Assembly (NCBI GenBank): GCA_965113315.1
Contig: OZ220379.1
Origin: Podarcis vaucheri
Taxonomy: Eukaryota
Direction: 5' to 3' (one strand)
Length of the DNA stretch: 64,000 nt
This document shows, one piece after another, positions 39,121 through 49,600 of this stretch; position 1 is the stretch's first letter; each line of letters starts with the position of its first letter. A program made the translations under genes and the position numbers. The notes below the pieces were generated by a model that did no database searches, had not been told where the DNA came from, and worked only from the letters and a program-made list of their open reading frames with translations.

Positions 39121-42100
39121 TCCATTTTAGGTAAGAGCTGAGCGTTGGAGAAAATGCCTACATGAGACCAGCATGTTCTTTGGCCCTATACTTGGGAAGA
39201 TGGTTGTGCAGGAGATTTTCCCCCAGAAGGCCAAGGATCTCGTAGGTATTCAACAATGCCAGACCTAGATTCGCTTTCCTTTATCCTGCTGCCCTTCTCA
39301 ACTAATATCCTACCTAAGTGCAATGGCTGCTCTTGACTCTTGACTGGTCAGGGGAGAACACATTCTGGCAGGGGGAATACCGCTGGAGAGTAAGGAATTC
39401 ACATCCACTACCCAGTAGTGATGTATGGAAGTGAAAGCTGGACCATAAAGAAGGCTAATCGCCGAAGAATTGATTATTTTGAATTATGGTGCTGGAGGAG
39501 ACTCTTGGGAGTCCCATGGACTGCAAGAAGATCAAACCTATCCATTCTTAAGGAAATCAGCCCTGAGTGCTCACTGGAAGGACAGATCCTGAAGCTGAGG
39601 CTCCAGTACTTTGGCCACCTCATGAGAAGAGAAGACTCCCTGGAAAAGACCCTGATGTTGGGAAAGATGGAGGGCATAAGGAGAAGGGGACGACAGAGGA
39701 TGAGATGGTTGGATAGTGTTCTCAAAGCTACCAGCATGAGTCTGACTAAACTGCGGGAGGCAGTGGAAGACAGAAGTGCCTGGTGTGCTCTGGTCCATGG
39801 GGTCATGAAGAGTCGGACACGACTAAACAACAACAACAATAACTCTATGCCAACCATGGCTTAGGGTCACCTTGATTACTCTGCTCCCAAGCATCTACAT
39901 CTCCCAGTCTTGTTTTTACAGCATTTCCTTCTCCTTTCCCCTCTGCTTCATATCTATTCTTTCTTTCTAGCTGAGCTTCTACAATCTCTCCATCTCCTGG
40001 CTGTTTCACCTGGGCTTTGAAAACCTGCCTGGTTTTCTCTGCCCACTCGCAAATCCCTCCATGCATCTCTTATTGCTTGTTCTGGTGGTTCCTGTAGAAC
40101 TGATGCAGGAAATCTATGTCTAGATAAAATATCTGTCCACAGCAATGTTATCCTGATGTGAGTCAGCTGTGCTACCTTTATGAGGACAAAGGGAAGTGCA
40201 CAGCGGGTTCTGCCATTGTTGGTGTTTCTGGAAGGTTTTAACATTGTATGGTAGGCCAGGCCATGTGGGCTGATATAGTACAGTATGATGTTGAATGATA
40301 TTGAATTGATGAGGCAGGTTAACGAGCTCACTAAAACAGGGTTCATTCCCCTACAGCAGTAGATAGGTTCTATGCTTATGAGAACATTTTATTCTTTTGC
40401 TAGTTATGCTGTTTCAAATGTTCCATTTATATTTGACTTCACTCAGTAATGCTTTCTTTTGAAAAGTTTAAGATATTTTTTTTGTTGACTTTGCTAAATG
40501 TGCATTCTACAACTGACCTCCTCTGTCGTGGTTTTTAACAAATGTTTAGGATATTTTAGTTTCCTGTTAATTATGTTTGAATGGATGTTAATTGTCTTTA
40601 AATGTATACTTTATATCTGACTTTCTTCAGTAATGCTTTGTTCTGGATTGTTTTGATATTTTAATTTAGGTTGTAGACTGATTTGAGATTGCCCCCCCCA
40701 AAAAAAATATAAAGCAGCATAGAAATTAAATTAATAATAATAATGTCAGTGACACATCATTTCTATAGCAATGCCTTTGGCTGAACCATAGTTTAGGGTT
40801 ATGTGCAATGGGAAGCCTCAGAATTATGGCTCCCCATTTCCTCTTCCTGTCCAACATCAAGCTTTTGCTTCCATTTTGACTAACCCCATTTTTTGTTATG
40901 TATGAACCCTGAACTGATGTTAATGTTAACTATGGCTTAGGGAAACCAGACAGGATCAGAAATGTTTGGCGCTAGTCAACTTAGTTTTATTTAGAGTAGA
41001 CCTGTTGGAATTAAGAGCCCTAAGTTAGTCATGTTCATTTATTTCCCTGGGTCTGCTCTGAATAAAAGTGAATTGAATATGATTTAAAGTTAGCTTCCCT
41101 CTCCCACAGAAGATTAACCACAATTTGTCCAGGTCTGTAAATAATTATAGTTATAATTATAAAATTTTTATTATTTATACCCCACCCATTTGGCTGGGTT
41201 TCCCCAGCCACTCTGGGCAGTTTACGGAATATATAAAACAAATAGCAGTTACATGAAAACTGAAGCAAAATCTTCCAGTCCTTTCCTCGCAGCTGCATGG
41301 GAGGCTTGTGAACCTGATATTTGTTCATGTAACACTAAACTATGGTGTAGCATTATGTCTAAATGCAACTGATGTGTTTCCTTAATTGTGCGATTTCTGT
41401 ACTTTCTCTGGCCAGGCTGAGCAGATGTTCTCTGAGATCCGAGATGCCATCCACAGCCATCTGGATCAAGTGGAGTGGATGGGAAGTCAGGCCCGCCAAG
41501 AGGCCAAGGAGAAAGTATGTATGTGTTCCCGGATGGCTATCAGGACTAAGGTGTGGGTATGTGGCTTCATGAGAATCCAAATCTGGAGAACAATCGTGTT
41601 CTCCAGCTCAAAGTCCTTGAGATCAGTGGTTGGGCCACAGATGGATCCATGAATGTAGCAGGCAGAAGGGTTAATTTACTGACAAGTCAAGAGCTGACCA
41701 GGCTCCTAGTATTTATACTAGTCCTCACTAGATGTCTGCTAGTCACAGGGACTGATATTACATACTTCCTTTTCTTCAGTATCTGAGCTTGAAGCTACAT
41801 AGCCCTAGATTGCTCACCAGCCTAAGTCCCAGCAACGGACTCTTAAGGTCTTTGGTTCAAGCCCCACAGTCCTTTGACAGAGGTCTGCGTACATCTGAGC
41901 TTGCATTATCCACCTTAGTGAAGGGATACGGGAGGTGTATTCTGGACCAGGCCTTGAGTAATAGTCACATATCTAAATCTCAGGAGGAAGAATTTGTTTA
42001 CATTCCACATTCATTGTCAGGGACTGGACTGAAGAGGAGGAGGAATGGTGGAGATCGCCCTCCCCTTCTCTTGTAGCTTCCAGAGAAGGGGAAAGCAGTA

Positions 42101-43308
42101 TCAAATTACAGTAGGGCTCTGAGGAAGATCACATCTCGGACACAAGGGAACAGCAGGGTTATGAGGTGTTAGGAGAAGGGGAAGGCAGAGCAGCCAGCTG
42201 ACACGTCACTGGAAAGCAAAACTGATGCCTCCTTCTCCCAGAACACAGCATTCGTTAAGAGTGCAGAATGCGGCGTTCGTTAATGGGGAATGACTGGATT
42301 TCTTTGTCTCCCACTGTGATGACTGAATAAACTCATTAGGAAGGACTATCTTGGTTTCCGCCCTGCTTCTTGCTTCCACCGGGGGAGGGAGAGAATTCCC
42401 CAAGCCTGACATTCATGTATATAATTTAAAAGGTGCCACTGGATGTTCAAAGCAAAACAACATCAGTCCTCTTGATAATTTTCCTGTATTTTTAGATTTC
42501 TAGCCTCCAGGTGGAGATTGGCTACCCAGAGAGCATCCTCCAAACAGATGAAGTTGACAATGAGTATCAAGAGGTGAGTGGATCAAACATTGCTTGCAGT
42601 TCCATGGTATTGCCTCCTGAAAGATGGTTCCCGTGGTACAGGAAGGTTTCAGTTTCACTGCCCTGGAACTCTGTTTCATGCTTCTCCAGTGACATTTGAA
42701 TCCAGCCTGTGGCTACTATCTCATTGGCTCCTCTCCAAGAGAGATGAGTTCGACATTTTCCTCAAATACTCCTCAACCATTTTTTACGGCGTCTGCCGTA
42801 CCTTCCCACCCACATATACACAGTAGGATGCTAGCTCTGGGGCACTGGGAGGGGGGTGCAAAATGGTGGCCAGACTGCCAACACAATTAGGGGGGAAGAA
42901 AGAAGCCATGTTGTTGCTGCTGCTACTGCTAATGGCGAGAGATCCTTTAGTTAAAGTTTCAAATCATCCAGCGCAAGAAAAACAGGGAGTAGGCATATTT
43001 TGTTCATGTGTGGCTGGATACTCCAGGAATTTACAGTGGATTTTTGGAAACTTCAACTAGAGCATGTTTTTTGCTTAGATCTTAACAGTCTGGTGATTGG
43101 GAGGATTTTCTCGCAGTATTTGCTTAAATCAGACGAACATGAAACCATATTCAGACAAGCCTGCCTGATAGACTGCGTACTCAGGTTCCACAGTGGAGCA
43201 GCTAATCTGCTTATTAATATTTGCCTTGTGAGTGAAACATGTTTGTCAGTTTACAAAGCAATCCAAACTTGCAGTTTGCTGTGCAGGGTGGGAGTTGGAC
43301 AAGGCAGT

Positions 43309-43344
<36 letters not shown>

Positions 43345-46300
43345 TACTACCATGGAACACCTGACTGTGCCCATCTAAACTACAGTGGTATCTTGGGTTA
43401 AGTACTTAATTCGTTCCGGATGTCCGTTCTTAACCTGAAACTGTTCTTAACCTGAAGCACCACTTTAGCTAATGGGGCCTCCCGCTGCCGCTGCCCCACC
43501 GGAGCACGATTTCTGTTCTTATCCTGAAGCAAAGTTCTTAACCTGAAGCACTATTTCTGGGTTAGCGGAGTCTGTAACCTGAAGCATATGTAACCTGAAG
43601 CGTATGTAACCCAAGGTACCACTGTATTTGATTGAAGCTACTGCAGGTGATATTCCCACTAGCATATACTCTGAAAATGGAGTGTTGAGGGGGGTGGGCT
43701 AGTCAAGGATCTGCTGAATGCAAAGTCAGCCCAGCTGCCCGCAAGTTGTGGAAATGGGCCCAGTCCAAGCCTCTGCATTGCACCAGCCTGCAGCAAGAGC
43801 TGCAAACCAGAGTTTTCATCCACTATGTAAGCTCCCACCAGGGTTTGGGATTGTGCCCTCAGGGTGCTATTAATCCACATCAGGTTGTTTTGTCCTTCTT
43901 CTGCCTGTCTTTCAGTCACTATTATATTTTATTATTGCGTTCCATAGTTTTTTATTTTGCCGTATTTTAAAATGACTCGTCTACAATATATTCAATAAAC
44001 TCTTGGTGCATTTTTAATGCACCTGACTTTTACATTTTGTCTGTATATTAAGAGTGCCAATAAATTTTGTTCCGTCTCCCCTTCTAATCCTATTGCTTGA
44101 TTTTTCTTTCAGCTGGAGATTTATGAAGATCACTTCTTCCATAATGTAGTTGCCTGCCTGAAGTCTCTGAGGAAGAGATTCTCCCTGAGACTCATCAATC
44201 CCCATCTACAGGATAAGTATGTTCTCTTTGTACGATGAAGGAGAGATTATGTGAATGCAAGACAGACAGTGATACATAACAAGGAGAAGTGACTTTGCTC
44301 CGTTCAGTCCCTTCTCTGTTTTGTGGATTCACTCCCATTCTACGTGTCTTGTTTTAATATAGAGAGTTTCAAAAATTAATCCAAGGACTGGCACATCACA
44401 ATTTGCTACAGCATTAATTATGCATCTTTGCACTAATCCACTACCACATATATGTGGTAGCATCAAGATCTTCTTTACACTGTAATCGAAGCAATGTACA
44501 TGTGCGGTACCCGGCAAAATCGTAGTTCATGCTCTGTGGTCTGAAGAAAGTCCAGCAGATTGCTAACTCAGTAGTGCAAGATCAAATAATTTGGAACTTC
44601 CAAAAGCAGCGAAGTTGTTTAGATAGGGCTCATTTTAGAAACATCCCTGAATCAGATTACTTAATGACTTAACACTTGGTGGCAGGAAGGGGAATATGAG
44701 AGAGGACTTCAATGAAAAATTGTTGCATATGAGATAATTTCCAGTGATATGAAAGCTCCCGTGATAGCTCATTCACAATTGCATCTCAACCCTTGGTGTT
44801 TTGGCTATAATGTAATGAGTGCATCTCTTTTTGAACCAGTACAGTGGTACCTCGGAATGCGAACAGGATCTGTTCTGGAGCCCCATTTGCATCCTGAACA
44901 CAACATAAGACGTGGCAGTGCATCTGTGCATGTGTGGGTTGCATTTTGGTGCTTCTGCGCATTCGTGTGACGTCATTTTGAGCGTCTGCGCATGCGCGAG
45001 TGGTGAAATCCGGAAGTAATGCGCTCAGTTACTTCCGGGTTGCCGCGGAGCGCAACTCGAATGCGCTCAACCTGAAGCACATTCAACCCGAAGTATGACT
45101 GTACTACAGTGTTACAGTAGTACCTCGGGTTAAGTACTTAATTCGTTCTGGAGGTCCATTCTTAACCTGAAACTGTTCTGAAGCACCACTTTAGCTAATG
45201 CGGCCTCCTGCTGCTGCTGTGCCGCCAGAGCACGATTTCTGTTCCTATCCTGAAGCAAAGTTCTTAAACTGAAGCACTATTTCTGGGTTAGCGGAGTCTG
45301 TAACCTGAAGCGTATGTAACCTGAAGCGTATGTAACCCGAGGTACCACTGTACTACAAAGGTGAGGCCCGTTGAGTAGATCAGGAGGAACGAGATATGGA
45401 ATAAAAATCATAGCCCAAGTCATTCCTTCCTTCACCATCTTTCTTTCTTTTTTTTAATGTTCTATTCCAGTTGGGAAGTTCCCCCGTGGTCTGTTCATTC
45501 ATACTATTCACTGAGGCGACACGCTGTCGTTTTCCCTGCTGGAATGTTCCGCAACCCTTTCTTCCATACCGAATTTCCCAGGTAAGGACTAAGTGGCGCA
45601 GAACTGCTCGCAGAACTGCTGCCCTTCCATTGAACCATGCTGCACATAGCAGTAAGAAAACCCCCAAAAACCCGCCAAAGCAGTTTGATCAGAAAGTCTA
45701 GTGAGACAGAAATGTGGGCACAAATAATGATGGCTCTCCCATGCTTATCTTCAACAATCTGAAAAAAAACCTGTAACCTTACTTAGAATACGGAGTCCAC
45801 GGGGAGGGAAACAAAACCTACATCCCTTTGCTGATGTTTTGCAGGCTTCCCACATAGAGAGCCTGTAGATTACAAGCCATGGAGGTTTCGCTAAGCCCTT
45901 GTCTTGTGTGTTTTTCAGCGCTGTGAACTTTGGAGCCATGGGGTTTTTCATGGCACACGAACTGCTGCACTCCTTCTACGATTATGGTATGTAGTGGGAG
46001 GCATTGTAGATAATCTGCTGCACCTTCCGTTATTTGAACTTGTGGGGTCTTACTTCCCTAAGTGCCAGAACAACTCATTATTGCCCAGCTGTTCTGTGTG
46101 CTGAAACCCAAGGCACCAATTTCTCAACTGCAAAGTGGCTTTGGAAGGAGGCAATTTTCATTGGAGAAGTAACAGGCAGGAGGGAGGTGCTTAACCCTTC
46201 TCCCAGCAATGCACCCTCAGGTTTTGTGTGCCCCTTCCACCCACCCACAGCCTCCTTTGCTCCAGCCATGTTTATTTCTTCACCAATGTGGACCTGGAAC

Positions 46301-46559
46301 CCTAGCAGTGGGGAATGTGACTAGGAGAGGTAAGGGGGGAAAGCAGCTTTCTCCTGGCCATCGCACATTGCCCCTTCCCAGTGCTGCTTTGCAAAGGAGA
46401 AGCAGAAGCCAAGACTTAAGTACATCGGGTAGCTAGCCAGGTAGCAATTCTTAACCAAAAGTGTAAAATGCAAACTGAAGTTAAGACAGAATTTAAATCT
46501 ACTGAAAAACCCAGCAAGTTCTGTATTGACTCCTTTGCCTCCCTTTTAGTTGAAACCCA

Positions 46560-46605
<46 letters not shown>

Positions 46606-49600
46606 TTATTTATTTATTTATTATTTATACCCCGCCCATCTGGCTGGGCTTCACCAGCCACTCTGGGCGGCTTCCAACAAAATATTAAAATACAGTAATG
46701 CATCAAACATTAAAAGGCTAAATAAGGCTGCCTTCAGATATCTTCTAAAAGTCTGGTAGTTGTTGCTCTCTTTGACATCTGGTGGGAGAGCGCTCCACAG
46801 GGCGGGTGCCACTACCGAGAAGGCCCTCTGCCTGGTTCCCTGTAACTTGGCTTCTTGTAGTGAGGGAACCCCCAGAAGGCCCTCGGCGCTGGATCTCAGT
46901 GTCCGGGTAGAAGCAATCCAGCTCATGTCCAAACCCTTAACCCATCCTAAGGCACATTTAAAGCTGCCCTGTTTTTGATGATGTCATAATAACTGAGCTC
47001 TGAATGGTAAATAGTTTGTGTAGACTCTATATTTGCCTAGGACCAAGGAGAAACGAAGTCCGGCCTTGACTTGTTTGTAACCACATGGATGATACAGTCC
47101 CCCCTACCTCCTTTTTAGGGACTGTAGAGTACAGAGCTTATCATGTCAGTCTTGCTTTACTAACATTCACTATGAAAAAAAACACTTAATCCAAACATGA
47201 GCAGTTAGTACCCAAAGTTTGCTACACACACTCCACATTCAGATAACCAAGCAGGGAGCATTTTTTCCTTCTTTGCCTTTTGCTGGTTGACCGAGGAACA
47301 GAGAGAGGGAGGGGGAGCAATCAAACAAATCAAAGAGCATTTTTTCTGGGCTTTGCTGGTTTATTTTGGCTTCTGGAGGGCAAAATTCCATGGACAGGTA
47401 CGCATTAATAATTTCCCCATAGGAATTAATGGAAATCACGGACTCATTATGTGAACTCTAGCCTAATGAACGATTCCCAAGGAACACGTTGCTGGTGATC
47501 ACCACTTGGGACTTAACTATCCTGGATTTCCTTTCGGTTCACAGTGTTACCCGAGAACTGTCTTGCCTGTGATATGAAAACACTGGCACAACGTATAGAC
47601 TGTCTTGTGAAACAGTACGAGAGCTACTCCTTGAAGGGCCACAGCATCAATGGCTCTTTCACCCTCCTGGAGAATGCAGCTGATACTGGGGGACTTGCCA
47701 TGGCTTACCAGGTACCAAAATCTGATAATCATCAGAGCTTGCAGGTACTCCTCAGTCCTCACTTGCAGCCACCATGCTGTTTTCTCTTTCCACATATCCT
47801 TGTTGCCACTGTCTCTTAGCTGGTCCTCTTCACATCACCCCACTATGGTCCGCCTTGTTTCTTCTTTTATATCTTATTGCTAAATCCATTTGAACTTACC
47901 TTTCTTAATTGTTTACCCCACAGTGAGTAGGGGGTTTTTGTGTCCCCATGCTTTCATGGATCATAATTTATCATCTTAAGCGTGTTAGTGCCTGCTCTCA
48001 ATGATGTTGTCCATTAGCACTGCTGCTAGATGTTTCACATTCAGCTTAAGAAAAACTGGGTGTGGGAGATTTCCATGCGGAGACACAATTTCACCCAAGT
48101 ACACATGTTCAGTGGTTTGGGTACAATGCTCTCTTGGAGTGAAAACTCCATGTAAAATACCAACTTCTTTGTAATTTTGAATTTATGCATGATCATTTTT
48201 AGTCTTTGTTTTTAGATCTTTTTCTGTTCTGTGGTGTAAATTGCCTTAAGACTGTGTGGTCAAAGGCAGTACATTGCTGTTGCTGGTATCTGCCTGTCTT
48301 GAGAGACAATGGAGTATGCCTACAGGGGTGAAGTCAAACTGCTGCCTATACAGTCATACAAGACATACAGTGATGATGATACAAAACGAAGATTGATTAT
48401 ACTGGGCAAGCTTATATGCAGATGTAATCAACAGAGCCGTGCAAAAGGGATGGAGCAGAGGAGAAATGGAGAATACCGTATTTTTCGCCCCATAGGACGC
48501 ACTTTTTCCCCTCCAAAAATGAAGGGGAAATGTGTGTGCGTCCTATGGGGTGAATGCAGGCTTTCGCTGAAGCCTGGAGAGTGAGAGGGGTCGGTATGGC
48601 TCTCCGCAAGCTGTGGGAGCCCGGCGCAAAGTTGCGCCAGTCTCCCAAGGCTTTTGGAGAGCTGCCTGCATTCTGAAGCCCGGGGCGCGCTGTGACGCGC
48701 GCTCCAGGCTTCGGGCAGCTCTCTGCAAACCTGGGGAGACCGACGCGACTTCCCGCGGGCTCCCTAGGCTTTTGGATAGCAGCCTGTTCTGGGGGCTGGG
48801 GTCGGGGGAAGCTCGGGCTTCCCCAGCCCCGCGTCTGGGGGGGAAATAATTTTTTTCTTTATTCCCCCCCCCAAAAACTAGGTGCTCCCTATGGGCTGGT
48901 GCGCCCTATGGGGCGAAAAATACGGTAAACCTGTAAGACTTAGCAAACAGAGGGCTATTTCTCACTCTGCCGATGGGCACTGTCTCCCTTGGGGAATGAG
49001 AGGTCATAACAAGGGGCTCTGCAATGATGCTGGGACCTCAGATCTTCCATTTCCCACTGGGCGTCTTCCAGCCAGACCAGGGAAGAGCAGAGTGCAACTC
49101 AGAAGATCCGGTGCCTTTCTGTTTATGGCAGGTGTTCCCTCCACAAAAGTCCCTCCTGCTGCAACAGGTAGGGGAAGACGACAACCAGAAGGATCGAGGA
49201 AAGAAGAGGCGGGAGCAAAACCCTGCAGAGTTTCTTAGTGCATTTCTCAGTAACCACTGAAGTTCCCTGGGTGTCCTAGTGCAAAGGAGGTTTCCCATTC
49301 AGAGGATGCTGTTGGAAAGTCATGCTTGAAATAGGGAAATGTATTTTGTAATCGAGAGTTCTTTTCTCCCCTTTTGCCCACAGGCATATAAGAACTGGTT
49401 GGAAAAACACAGAGAGGTGAAGAAGTTACCTTGGCCTGAGGTCTCACACCACCAGCTCTTCTTCATTAGCTTTGCCCATGTAATGTACCCTTTGCTACCT
49501 TTTCGCGTTTCCTCTGTTTTGCTCTGGCTGGCTTTTAGCCACATCAGTCCCATCTCAGCTCTCACATCCTTACACACTGCCTCCATTCTTTTTGGAAGCG

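Noticed and set aside
48543-48928. GC/CpG-rich patches resembling CpG-island promoters (also ~21500 and ~34300)
   Set aside because: Each lies wholly within a TIR-bounded MITE.
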